Positions 10,001-17,631 are shown, counted from the first letter of the stretch. The stretch is DNA of 57,516 bases from an uncultured Gammaproteobacteria bacterium (GCA_964402835.1 CAYODZ010000228.1:1-57516), one strand, 5' to 3'. A program made the numbers and translations. The notes: generated by a model not told the origin, from the sequence alone.

Positions 10001-10510
10001 ACGACGCCTCCGATATTCCTCGGGGACGCTGGCGTCATCACGCACACGATGATGGACGTCGGTGCGATTGAAGCGGACAACGTCAACATCGCCGAACTCT
10101 CTGACATCTCGGATGAGTTGGGTACGATCGTCTCCGGTCTGGTCGACGGTGAACTGACCATAGGTGACGCCGGCCTGATCTTCGTCCCGAGCAGCGCATT
10201 AATGCGCATGGCGGTCGTCTTCGCGGCAATTGATGAGTTCACATGGTTGCAGATTGGTCAACGGTCCTCGGCGTCCCCAGGTATTACGCTGCAATCCAGC
10301 GAGAAGGTCAGGGTCACAGGGGACGGTGGGCTGGATGTCGAAGATGGGCCGATCGACTTCGACGCTGCGGAATCGTTGCGGTTGCCGCGGCTTACCACGA
10401 CCGAACGTAATGCGCTGACTGCGTCGGCCGGGATGCTGATCTGGAATACTACGGACAGCGAGTTCCAGGGATACGACGGCTCGGCGTGGGGGACGCTGGC
10501 ATTGACATGA
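7049..10510 (+). CDS. Large tail-tip/baseplate protein (Tal-like) with Ig/FN3-like repeats and fibre-type C-terminus
   Basis: 1153 aa with ATGA overlap. Two similar internal modules (..TLTWTVNPITLGVRIVYVGHSADA.. / ..VVTWSHLAQSLDALGVRIYYVAHDA..). C-terminal RLPRLTTTERNALT..GMLIWNTTD..QGYDGSAW motif is common in phage fibre ends. Confidence 0.6.
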   Translation: MNVVRSFRLRCHNRGENNPTDLTVDFTIGLDALAAPPVLPGPIVRPFEGRTETQAWNLSVIDTASVITSRLADAGGRMHLLGRIVTVEMQEDGGAWATIGTARLTDISQSQGPGRYTLSLEDERWRERNTFIFTRSDTTSLWPQGLRFPFRRFPSIGTQSCLIEAVRSNVVLIEPGLLHDPLLADLEALLVGDIRPDAEAHDLVTQGNFETLRANIEGTDYEVVGFDTSYTSGGNATPGPGVTRDGDKVTDSTGRLAPFWVYWPTSQPTPGVSVDVRLYAPEHEPDASYPLHIGVQGTAHDYGTTDGRIHPFDALERAYIEAGLRFDPAAFAALKADPRYLKSAWRITSKRKTAEWAEEAIYQPNLVIPFIDNEGRIAPKAIHNPANIDPDTLFVFDASNTKAPHVTWHHGTRDAYNILRVQYQQELWVPRVPGESDIGERKVPTDRIAVTEQDLPPFEHDTVEVILPRDITVRMDGLHRGQGRGITGFIEDVASPPAALIKDHSQRFADELFEVTGDGPQTGTIHGMLSTSSVASGDLAIIDQDRLKNPNPAENARSGSRIVRIMQRTPHVDGYGFEYMDIGPALQPLAEPTIAIAQNAENPRNAVDITVSDVPAGARVDVFVGLDAAFATMLRELPGVGAGVYTVTGMPSGTTIYAAGSSHAAGRTSSLLSSPVSVVTAVDPPMVRDATLTLNADGSATLTWTVNPITLGVRIVYVGHSADADPIILANPADVDATLGTYTFPASVVTGERFSVGITPYPGFAAGAVSGTPGEQLVRSIPVVAGPAVFVTMEFFHDHAKFYLRRFADSVWVYELTVEDGADLGEPDITGQTPTVLPTETEYEVDYPDTGFVTFVYFEARGSDPSVVGQGAYFAVPGRRDVGPHLVGRPSLSVVAGDLVVTWSHLAQSLDALGVRIYYVAHDALARPPMTTFVDVDIFDGSHTFDSSLLTGTFFSLEIEVWTGFAGGSVTGLPGIIRIAMTFETTPPIFLGDAGVITHTMMDVGAIEADNVNIAELSDISDELGTIVSGLVDGELTIGDAGLIFVPSSALMRMAVVFAAIDEFTWLQIGQRSSASPGITLQSSEKVRVTGDGGLDVEDGPIDFDAAESLRLPRLTTTERNALTASAGMLIWNTTDSEFQGYDGSAWGTLALT

Positions 10511-10779
10511 GAGGCGTCCTCCGCGTCAATGCGCCCGGCAGTACCCTGTCCAGTCCGAGAGCTACCGTGCTGGACCCGCCGGCGCCGCTCCCCGTATCGC
10601 TCGGCCTGCTCGTGGAGCTGATCGACGGCACGTACCAGCCGACCGCAGACCGGAGTGAGGCGACGCACCATCACGTGCTGACGGACGCGGACAACATCGA
10701 CGTTGCGGTGCTGACCGAGTCCAAGGCGGGGCTCCGCGAGGCGATTCTCGGCTCCACTCTCATCCTGTACGGGTTCTGA
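10507..10779 (+). CDS. Hypothetical small tail-region protein
   Basis: ATGA overlap with upstream stop. 90 aa. No motif recognised. Confidence 0.4.
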   Translation: MRGVLRVNAPGSTLSSPRATVLDPPAPLPVSLGLLVELIDGTYQPTADRSEATHHHVLTDADNIDVAVLTESKAGLREAILGSTLILYGF

Positions 10780-13235
10780 TGCCAGTTGCCACGCCACGTC
10801 TCCGGTATGACTCAATCTCCCCGGCCACCGCTGGGCGTGAGGGCGTCGACCTGCCTGTCTGGGACAAGGGCGGCGCCCGCCACGATGCGCTCGCCTACCC
10901 CAACATCGACCGCGAGGGCACGTCCGACTCCACGGCTGGCATCGAATCCCTGATCGCTCTGGCCACTGCGGGTGACCCGATCTTCTTTCCACGCGGGATT
11001 TACAGAGTCAGCGCAACTCTCGGAATCGATAAGTCGCTCTCGTTCGCAATGGCACGAGGCGCGTACTTCGACGTGCGCCTTCCCATCGACAGCGAGCCTC
11101 ACCTGTTCGATGTGGATGCAAGCAATGTCGGCTTCGAGGGCTTGACCTTCGACCTGTCCAACGCACCGGCCGGCACACTCACTACCCGCCACATCTGCAT
11201 CATAGTGGGCTCGGATGCCACGCAATATTCCAACATTGTCATCGAGAAGTGCCGGTTCCTTCAACTAACGCGGAAGGGCGTTCACGACACGGGTGGCTCG
11301 GGTGACGAAAGCCTGAAAAGCGAGTACGGCATCTACCTGAACAACGTCGCGAACGTCTGGGTGCGCGACAACGAAATGACGGAGGTTTCGGGCGCCGGAA
11401 TCTTCTGCGACGAACTAGGGAAGGCGTGGATCGAGCGGAACACCCTCACCATGCTCGCCGCGTCCGACTGCCTCTACCCGATCCACGTCGAGACGGCATC
11501 GGACGGTCTGTGGATTCGGAAGAATCACATCTCCGGCGGCGAGCGTGCGAGCGGCGGGGCCATTGACATCATGAGCCAAACGGCCTCTCCCACGGCGCCT
11601 GATCCCAACAAGCGGATCTTCATCGAGGAAAACATCATCGAGAACTGCGGTGGGCTCGGCTCAGGTTCGCAGGTGATCCGCCTGCTGTCGACCGAGAACG
11701 CCAGCGTTTGCCGGAACATCATCCGCGCCATACCGGCGAGCGTCAGTGACTTGGCCTACATCCACGTCGACGCCCGCACGGTGGCGGCCTTCCCCGAACA
11801 GCCTGGCCCGACTGGCGTGCTGGTGGAGGGCAATATCCTGACGTGCGGCGCAGCCAAACAGCGGGCCATCGACGTGCGGAACGACAATGCTGCCGGCGTG
11901 GGTGGTGATGACGTCATCGTGCAGAGCAATTTCTGCCTGTCGGACGGCACCAATTACTTCGCTTCCGGCATCCGCACTCGCGACATCGACGTGAGCAAGG
12001 TCCGCGGCAATATCGTCAAGTACAAGCATAACGCTGCCTTCGTACACTCGTGGGGCATTATGGTCACGACGATCAAGGTGCCCGTTCTGCTGCCGGAGGT
12101 GAGCGGCAACGACATCGATTGCTTCAGCAGCACGGGCTCGCGCGCCATCGTGGTCGAGGGCGGTGCGGGCGGGGACGTGGACCACCCGATCATCGACGGG
12201 AACATCATACGGAACGCGGCCCATCGCGGAGTGCAGTTCTCGGCCTCTGCGAACGACCCGGAGTTCACCAACAACCGCTTCTATAACACGCCGGTCCCGC
12301 TGAACAATGCGGCCACGGGCAACACCACGCAGCACGGCAACCATTACAACATGACCGCCGCGCGGAGCGGGACGTGGAGTATCGCGAGCGAGGAAAACAA
12401 CGTCGTGGTCACGACTGCCGAAGTCCGGGCGGGCGACCGCATCTACCTGACCACTACTTCGGATACGGGTAGCGAGGTGCCGGTCAAGGTATCACGCATC
12501 GTCACAGGGACCAGCTTCACCGTCAAGACGATGGACGGAAGCGACATCCAGAGCGACGATCAGAACAGCCTGTTACTGCCGGGCACGTCCGGCAACTACG
12601 CCAGCACACCGGACTCGGCCGCTCTCTCCATCACGGGCGACATCGACATCCGCGTCCATGCAAGGCTCCCCAGCTGGATACCCGCGGTAGCCGTGTTCGT
12701 GGGCAAGGCGGCGCAGTACCGACTCCGCGTCGTCAATTCCGGCGTTTTGGGCCTCGTCTGGGAGTCGTCCGGCGGGACGCTCACGGCGAACAGCACCGAG
12801 GCAACGCTGCTCCCGAAGAACTCGGCCTCATGGGTGCGGGCAACGCTGGACGTGGACAACGGCGCGGGCGGCTACACGGTCAGGTTCTACACGTCCATCA
12901 ACGGCACGGAATGGACGCAACTCGGCGCGGATGTCGTGGGCGGCTCGACCACGGATATTGTGGATAATGCGGATGCGCTGGAGATCGGCTCACGCACGGG
13001 CGGTACTGTGGAACTGCTGACCGGCCGCATCTACCGCGTCCGCATCTTCGCCTCGCTGGACGGCAGCGCGGAAGCATTTGACGCCAACTTCACGACTGCT
13101 ACTCCGGCGGCTACGTCAATCGTGGAGGATGCGAACGGCGCGACGGTCACAGTGAACCAGAGCGGTGCGGACCCGGCGGAGATCATCGAGGGCACGCCTC
13201 AGAGCATCACTGGTACATGGCAGATCGAGCATTGA
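10779..13235 (+). CDS. Tailspike/depolymerase: right-handed parallel beta-helix domain plus C-terminal LamG/ConA-like domain
   Basis: Repeated PbH1-like turns (IVIEKCRF, VWVRDNEMTEVSGAGIF, LWIRKNHISGG, IFIEENIIENCG, VLVEGNIL, VIVQSNF). C-terminal LLLPGTSGNYASTPDSAALSITGDIDIRV...GRIYRVRIF resembles Laminin_G_3. Confidence 0.65.
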   Translation: MPVATPRLRYDSISPATAGREGVDLPVWDKGGARHDALAYPNIDREGTSDSTAGIESLIALATAGDPIFFPRGIYRVSATLGIDKSLSFAMARGAYFDVRLPIDSEPHLFDVDASNVGFEGLTFDLSNAPAGTLTTRHICIIVGSDATQYSNIVIEKCRFLQLTRKGVHDTGGSGDESLKSEYGIYLNNVANVWVRDNEMTEVSGAGIFCDELGKAWIERNTLTMLAASDCLYPIHVETASDGLWIRKNHISGGERASGGAIDIMSQTASPTAPDPNKRIFIEENIIENCGGLGSGSQVIRLLSTENASVCRNIIRAIPASVSDLAYIHVDARTVAAFPEQPGPTGVLVEGNILTCGAAKQRAIDVRNDNAAGVGGDDVIVQSNFCLSDGTNYFASGIRTRDIDVSKVRGNIVKYKHNAAFVHSWGIMVTTIKVPVLLPEVSGNDIDCFSSTGSRAIVVEGGAGGDVDHPIIDGNIIRNAAHRGVQFSASANDPEFTNNRFYNTPVPLNNAATGNTTQHGNHYNMTAARSGTWSIASEENNVVVTTAEVRAGDRIYLTTTSDTGSEVPVKVSRIVTGTSFTVKTMDGSDIQSDDQNSLLLPGTSGNYASTPDSAALSITGDIDIRVHARLPSWIPAVAVFVGKAAQYRLRVVNSGVLGLVWESSGGTLTANSTEATLLPKNSASWVRATLDVDNGAGGYTVRFYTSINGTEWTQLGADVVGGSTTDIVDNADALEIGSRTGGTVELLTGRIYRVRIFASLDGSAEAFDANFTTATPAATSIVEDANGATVTVNQSGADPAEIIEGTPQSITGTWQIEH

Positions 13236-13337
13236 ACGGCACGGACGCCCCACACGACGGACAGCCCGAATGCCCGTGCGGCGATGAGGGTTTCCGTGAA
13301 GTAACAGGCTGGACCGTGGCCGTGTGCCGCGGCTAGA

Positions 13338-13379
13338 TTGACAGAGACAGTCTGAGCCACACCGAGGTCCCACGCGGCC
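13338..13379 (+). promoter_or_regulatory. Conserved late-block upstream element, copy A (TTGACA-GAGACAGTCTGAG...GGTCCCACGCGGCC)
   Basis: The 14-mer at 13366..13379 is identical to 48225..48238 and 13/14 to 54084..54097. The upstream TTGA..GAGACAGTC part is also shared with copy B. All copies are on the + strand in non-coding gaps. Confidence 0.5.
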
Positions 13380-13463
13380 GCTTTCCTTCCTGAATCCCAG
13401 GAGGAGGTGGCCGTTTCGCGTTCAACGAGTTGGAGGTTTGTGCGACATGCATCGAGGCAGCAG

Positions 13464-14531
13464 ATGACGCCGCAGCGCCTGCACATCTTCCTGGCGGTCG
13501 CACTGCTGATGGCGTGTGGTGGCGACGACAACAGGCCAGCCCCGGTCGATGAACCACCGGACGCCATCGTGGAGACTGGCCCGGTCACGGCGGACCTGTT
13601 CGGTGTCCATTTCGTCGCTGCGTGGGCGAGCCCTGCCCCGCTCCCCGAAGGCATCACGCTGCTGCGGATCCATGACGCCACGGAACGCTGGCACGGTCTG
13701 AACACGGCCGAAGGTACGTGGTACACGCACCCGGACGGTAAGGGGCTCGCGCGCATCGATGCGCTGCTGACCTTCCGCGACCGTCATGCGCCGGACGCGC
13801 GCACGGTCTACACGCTGGCCGGCGGTGGGCGTTCCGGTACGTGGTACCCGGAGTGGGTCCATCCGACCGAAATCGCCGAACAGTTCCGTCAGCATGTGCG
13901 CTTCATGGCCGGCATCTACGGCGAGAGCATATGGGCGGTCGAAGTGCTTAACGAGGCCGACAGCCGATTCTGGTACGATGGCGATGTCTCGCTGCTGGTC
14001 GAGTTGACGCAGATCGTGCGCGCGGAGTGGCCAGGTGTCGTCATCGGGCCGAGCTTCACGCAGGACGGCCTTGCGATGATGGCCGAGTTCTACGAGCTGC
14101 TCCCGCCCGGCACGGTGGACATCGTCGCGTTCCACCACGGCATCGAGTCTCCCGAGCGCGACACGGTCGCGATCAAAGAGGCGAAGCGCATCGCCGGCGA
14201 GTATCCACTTTACCTCACCGAGTACAACGTGCGCGGCGGCGCGGCCGAGCTGATGCGGACGCTGCTCGTGCATCACCTCTACGGCGTCGAGGCCGCAGCA
14301 TACTACTCGTGGGAGATGCCGACTTACTACGGCGACAGCGATGGCTTCGCCCATACCACGAACACGGACGGTAGCCTTACGGACGCCGGCCACGCCTTTC
14401 TGACGCTCAGGGATTGGCTGGTCGGTCGCACGGTGACTGACTGGTCGGCGGCAAGCGGCGCGTGGTCGGTGACGCTGGACTCAGGCGAGCGCATCGAATG
14501 GACCGACAGCACGATGCCGGTGAGAAGGTGA
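13464..14531 (+). CDS. Secreted lipoprotein glycoside hydrolase (clan GH-A TIM barrel, GH39/GH5-like)
   Basis: Signal peptide with lipobox (LAVALLMAC). Acid/base-type motif VEVLNEAD and nucleophile-type motif LYLTEYN. GAGG is 6 nt before the ATG. An in-frame GTG at 13407 is an alternative start. Confidence 0.55.
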   Translation: MTPQRLHIFLAVALLMACGGDDNRPAPVDEPPDAIVETGPVTADLFGVHFVAAWASPAPLPEGITLLRIHDATERWHGLNTAEGTWYTHPDGKGLARIDALLTFRDRHAPDARTVYTLAGGGRSGTWYPEWVHPTEIAEQFRQHVRFMAGIYGESIWAVEVLNEADSRFWYDGDVSLLVELTQIVRAEWPGVVIGPSFTQDGLAMMAEFYELLPPGTVDIVAFHHGIESPERDTVAIKEAKRIAGEYPLYLTEYNVRGGAAELMRTLLVHHLYGVEAAAYYSWEMPTYYGDSDGFAHTTNTDGSLTDAGHAFLTLRDWLVGRTVTDWSAASGAWSVTLDSGERIEWTDSTMPVRR

Positions 14532-14533
14532 CC

Positions 14534-14971
14534 ATGCCTGACGAAGCACCGCCCCCGGTTGTCGAGAGCGACAAGCACCTCCATCGGCGCACGCTTGAGA
14601 ATACCGCTCGCCGGCATGAGCGATGGTACGACAGTACCCGGACGCAGATCATCGGGATCGGTGCAGCGTTCATGGTGCTCGGCGGATCCTTCGCCGTTGG
14701 CTACGCGCTGCGCGATAAGGTTCGCACGGTGGAGGGGACGCCCATCCGTTGGCAGGATCACCTTGCGGCTGAGGTCGTCCAGTGGGAGGCGATCAACCGC
14801 AATACGCAGGGCGTTGCCGACCTGACCGATCGGCTCGACTTCGCACTGTCCCTGCTGGCGGAGGTTCACTGTTCGTTACAGACCGAGGACGCGGCGACGC
14901 GCCGTCGTTGCCGAAGTGATGAGACGGCCCGGCGGCTGGAGGAGATGCGGCAGCGGAGACAGACGCCATGA
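14534..14971 (+). CDS. Single-pass membrane protein (holin/antiholin or lysis-regulator candidate)
   Basis: One TM segment (IIGIGAAFMVLGGSFAVGYAL). Position at the head of the lysis cassette. Confidence 0.4.
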   Translation: MPDEAPPPVVESDKHLHRRTLENTARRHERWYDSTRTQIIGIGAAFMVLGGSFAVGYALRDKVRTVEGTPIRWQDHLAAEVVQWEAINRNTQGVADLTDRLDFALSLLAEVHCSLQTEDAATRRRCRSDETARRLEEMRQRRQTP

Positions 14972-15240
14972 ACACAACCGACCGTTTCCGCTGGCTCGGC
15001 TGGGTGCTCTGGACGATCCTGGTGATCGCCGCGCTAGCTGGGTGGCTCTGGTTCGACCGCGACCCGTCGCAACTCGCACCGGTGCTCGGCTGGGTCACGG
15101 GTGCGGTCGGCATCGGGGAGGCGTCGAACCTGGGCAAGCGCGCGACGGACCGGGAACTGGCGCGGATCAAGTCTCACGGCCCGAGTAAGGTAAACGTCGA
15201 GGGGCCGTCTGATGTCACGGTCGAGGGGGATCGCGGATGA
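14968..15240 (+). CDS. Holin candidate (two TM helices)
   Basis: 90 aa with TM1 WLGWVLWTILVIAALAGWLWF, TM2 LAPVLGWVTGAVGIG and a charged C-terminus. ATGA overlaps on both sides. Confidence 0.5.
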   Translation: MNTTDRFRWLGWVLWTILVIAALAGWLWFDRDPSQLAPVLGWVTGAVGIGEASNLGKRATDRELARIKSHGPSKVNVEGPSDVTVEGDRG

Positions 15241-15851
15241 GCCGAACCCTGATCCTCGTCGCGGGCGTCGTCGTGCTCGCCTTCGTGCTGCTGCGGATGC
15301 AGGGCTGCCAACGGGATGCCGACACGCGCTTCGAGCAGGCCGCGAAAGCCGCAGAGGACAGCGCAGCCGTGTGGCGCGTGCGTGCCGACTCGGCGCAGGC
15401 TGTAGCCGACAGCGCCAGCGTCCGTCGCGAGCGTGCAGAGGTGCGGGCCGATCAGGCAGAGGCGCGCGCGGACTCGATCCGTGTCATTGGCGGTGCCGTC
15501 AGGACGCGCATCGTGCACGTCGAGGTGCCGGCGGAAGCCGTCCCGTTCACCGCGCCGCGCGATACGCTGATTGCGCTCCTCACCGACGAGAACACCGAGT
15601 TGCGGACGGTCGTCGCAGAGAAGGATTCGGCGCTGATCGAGGCCAGCAGTGAGGCGGATGCGCTCCGTCGCGTGGTCGCGCTGCACGAGCAGTCCATCGG
15701 CGTACTCGAGGAAGCACTGGCCATGCGACCGTCGCGCCGATGGTGGGTGCCGAAACTGACGGTCGGGTACGCGGGCATTGTGGACCGGCAGACGCGCGAG
15801 ATCCGCGATGGGCCGGGGGTGTCGGTAGGCTGGGAAGTGAGCTTCTGGTGA
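15237..15851 (+). CDS. Spanin-like envelope protein (N-terminal TM/lipobox-like segment, coiled coil, aromatic C-terminus)
   Basis: N-terminus MSRTLILVAGVVVLAFVLLRMQGC, Ala/Arg/Glu coiled-coil core, C-terminus ..GVSVGWEVSFW. Lies between holin candidate and endolysin. Confidence 0.45.
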   Translation: MSRTLILVAGVVVLAFVLLRMQGCQRDADTRFEQAAKAAEDSAAVWRVRADSAQAVADSASVRRERAEVRADQAEARADSIRVIGGAVRTRIVHVEVPAEAVPFTAPRDTLIALLTDENTELRTVVAEKDSALIEASSEADALRRVVALHEQSIGVLEEALAMRPSRRWWVPKLTVGYAGIVDRQTREIRDGPGVSVGWEVSFW

Positions 15852-16621
15852 AAATCATCTCGCGGGACGAATGGGGCGCGCAGCACGGGCGCGGGAACGT
15901 GACGGTCGGCGCAAAGACGCGCTTCGTCGTGCATCACGATGGCTTCGACCGCGCGACTCCCGACTCCACGTTCGAGGAGGAGTGCGCAGTGATGCGCATG
16001 TTCGAGGACTTCCACGCGGGCGATCTCACGAGAGCGAACCCACGCATCGCGTACACGTTCGTAATCTTCCCCACTGGCGACATCTTCGAGGGCACTGGCT
16101 GGGGTCGCATCGGCGCGCACACAAAGGACTTCAATTCCAGCGCGTACGCCGCGCAGCATCCGATTAATGGCCGTGTGACAGCGCCGACACAGGATGCGCT
16201 GGATGCGCAGGCGTGGCTCCGCACGGAGGGCGTGCAGATCGGTGCGCTGTCGGTCAGGCACTCGGTGGGCGGGCATCGTGACTTCGTGCCGTCGACCGAC
16301 TGTCCCGGCCGGCTGCTGTACGAGGCTGCGGTGCTCGGGGTGTCGCCTATCGCTCTGCCGACCGTTGCGGAGTCGATCGCGGCAATGCCGTCACTCCGGC
16401 GGGGCAAGGGCGGCCCCGGCGCACCGGCCGACATCATCGCGGCGATCATCGAGGTGCAGAAGCGACTGGTCCGGCTGGGCTACATGAGCGCGTCTCAGAT
16501 GGCGACAGGACCGGGCAAGTTCGGTCCAGCGACAGATCGGGGAACCAGAATGTTCCAGGCATCGAAGGGGCTGGTCGACGATGGGATCGTGGGGCCTCTC
16601 ACATGGCGGGCGCTCGGCTGA
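15848..16621 (+). CDS. Endolysin: N-acetylmuramoyl-L-alanine amidase (PGRP/Amidase_2) with C-terminal PG_binding_1 domain
   Basis: GTGA overlap. Motifs IISRDEWGA..., VVHHDG, GAHT..FNS, HRDF..TDCPG (zinc amidase). C-terminal LGY...DGKFGP.T...F Q...GL..DGIVGP.TW.AL-type repeat. Confidence 0.8.
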   Translation: MKIISRDEWGAQHGRGNVTVGAKTRFVVHHDGFDRATPDSTFEEECAVMRMFEDFHAGDLTRANPRIAYTFVIFPTGDIFEGTGWGRIGAHTKDFNSSAYAAQHPINGRVTAPTQDALDAQAWLRTEGVQIGALSVRHSVGGHRDFVPSTDCPGRLLYEAAVLGVSPIALPTVAESIAAMPSLRRGKGGPGAPADIIAAIIEVQKRLVRLGYMSASQMATGPGKFGPATDRGTRMFQASKGLVDDGIVGPLTWRALG

Positions 16622-16627
16622 TTTATT

Positions 16628-16666
16628 CCACGCGGAATTCTGACAGCGCGCGGGATCGCCGCGTGG
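16628..16666 (+). terminator. Hairpin after endolysin (CCACGCGG ... CCGCGTGG, 8-bp stem, 23-nt loop)
   Basis: Perfect 8-bp inverted repeat 7 nt after the stop. Large loop and no T-run, so weak as a terminator. The stem sequence matches the core of the 14-nt late motif. Confidence 0.25.
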
Positions 16667-16695
16667 CTGAAGTAGGCTCTATAACCCGAGGGGAC

Positions 16696-16947
16696 ATGAT
16701 GCGAGTGGAGATTCTGACAGAGCGGCTCAACGACAGGGATCAGGGACCGGGAGGACAACACTATCGCGCCGAAAAGGGCGACGTATTCACGGTTCCCGAT
16801 CCATACGGGAGGAAGCTGTGCGCGCTCGGATGGGCGAAGGACATCACCGAATACGCCAGTGAGGATGAGCGGGTGCCGTCCGGTGAGGCTGTGCCGGGAG
16901 CGCGACCGCTCGCCAGAGCTGCTGCGGGACGCGGGCCTGCCCGCTGA
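16696..16947 (+). CDS. Hypothetical protein (3' part doubtful, see frame switch)
   Basis: ATG ATG start. Third-position GC is good up to about 16860, then drops while the +1 frame becomes GC3-rich. Confidence 0.35.
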   Translation: MMRVEILTERLNDRDQGPGGQHYRAEKGDVFTVPDPYGRKLCALGWAKDITEYASEDERVPSGEAVPGARPLARAAAGRGPAR

Positions 16948-17068
16948 GGACATCGAGCACAACATCCCCGACGCCGAAATACCCGCGCTGCGCAGCGGCA
17001 AGCTCGGCGGGAAGGATGGCACGCTCGAAGTGAAGAAGGGACAGCACGGCACGAAGGACACGAAGTGA
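16865..17068 (+). CDS. Hypothetical protein (or C-terminal part of the 16696 gene after a frame change)
   Basis: Very high GC3 and protein-like sequence (ELLRDAGLPAEDIEHNIPDAEIPALRSGKLGG..). No convincing RBS for ATG 16865 or GTG 16859. Confidence 0.35.
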   Translation: MSGCRPVRLCRERDRSPELLRDAGLPAEDIEHNIPDAEIPALRSGKLGGKDGTLEVKKGQHGTKDTK

Positions 17069-17253
17069 CCTGCGGTTTCACATGGCAGGATGTGGAGGAC
17101 GAGCGCGCTACGGCGGCAACCTTCCGGGGGCTGTCGGAGCGGCTCGGCGATCGTCCGATCGCGCGGGCGTTCGGCGAGATGGCAGACCGTTGCACCGACC
17201 GTGCGGATCGGATCGAAACACTGCTCCTGCGGGAGCCTCCGGGGGAGGAATAG
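17065..17253 (+). CDS. Hypothetical protein
   Basis: GTGA overlap with upstream stop. 62 aa. No motif recognised. Confidence 0.35.
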   Translation: MTCGFTWQDVEDERATAATFRGLSERLGDRPIARAFGEMADRCTDRADRIETLLLREPPGEE

Positions 17254-17256
17254 GAA

Positions 17257-17631
17257 ATGGCAAAGTGGGTGATTGATGATGCGATTGACGCGATGCTCGA
17301 CGACATCGCGACCTGCACGCGAGAGGTTGTCTGTTCTGATCAGCCTGCGAATTTCGCGGGTATTGCCGCCGTGGCACTCGCGGACGCGGCGCTGACAGCC
17401 GGCGACGGCCTCGGTGACTTCGTGATCGCGAACGGTGATACATCCGGTCGCAAGCTCACAACCGGCGCGCAGGCGGACGCGCCGATTGATGCGAGCGGAA
17501 CGGCCACGCACGTCACGCTGGACGACGCTGCTGCATTGCGCTACGTCACGACCTGCACATCGCAGGCCCTGACCAGTGGGGGAACGGTAACCATCCCCGC
17601 CTGGGATGTGGAAGTGGCCGATCCATCATGA
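17257..17631 (+). CDS. Hypothetical protein
   Basis: GGGAGGAA RBS upstream and an ATGA overlap downstream. 124 aa, acidic. Confidence 0.5.
   Translation: MAKWVIDDAIDAMLDDIATCTREVVCSDQPANFAGIAAVALADAALTAGDGLGDFVIANGDTSGRKLTTGAQADAPIDASGTATHVTLDDAAALRYVTTCTSQALTSGGTVTIPAWDVEVADPS

Noticed and set aside
13338-13343. TTGACA at 13338 (and TTGAGA at 48203 and 25481) as the -35 box of a sigma-70 promoter.
   Set aside because: No TATAAT-like -10 hexamer lies at 16-19 bp spacing in any of the three cases. The elements are kept only as part of a conserved motif of unknown mechanism, not called as sigma-70 promoters.
13407-13463. GTG 13407 as the start of the glycoside hydrolase (preceded by AGGAGGAG), and by analogy GTG 48267 after CAGGAGGTT.
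   Set aside because: The SD-to-start spacing is only about 2 nt, and GTG 48267 is out of frame with the downstream gene. The shared CAGGAGG..GTGG string is therefore more likely part of the conserved nucleotide element than a translation start. ATG 13464 has GAGG at a 6-nt spacing. Kept as an alternative start only.
16640-16649. 10-mer GTCAGAATTC shared (in inverted orientation) between the post-endolysin gap (16640..16649, minus strand) and late-motif copy B (48213..48222).
   Set aside because: This is a single short match containing an EcoRI palindrome, and the order of elements differs between the two loci. It is within what chance could give, so it was not promoted to a finding beyond a mention of the CCACGCGG core.
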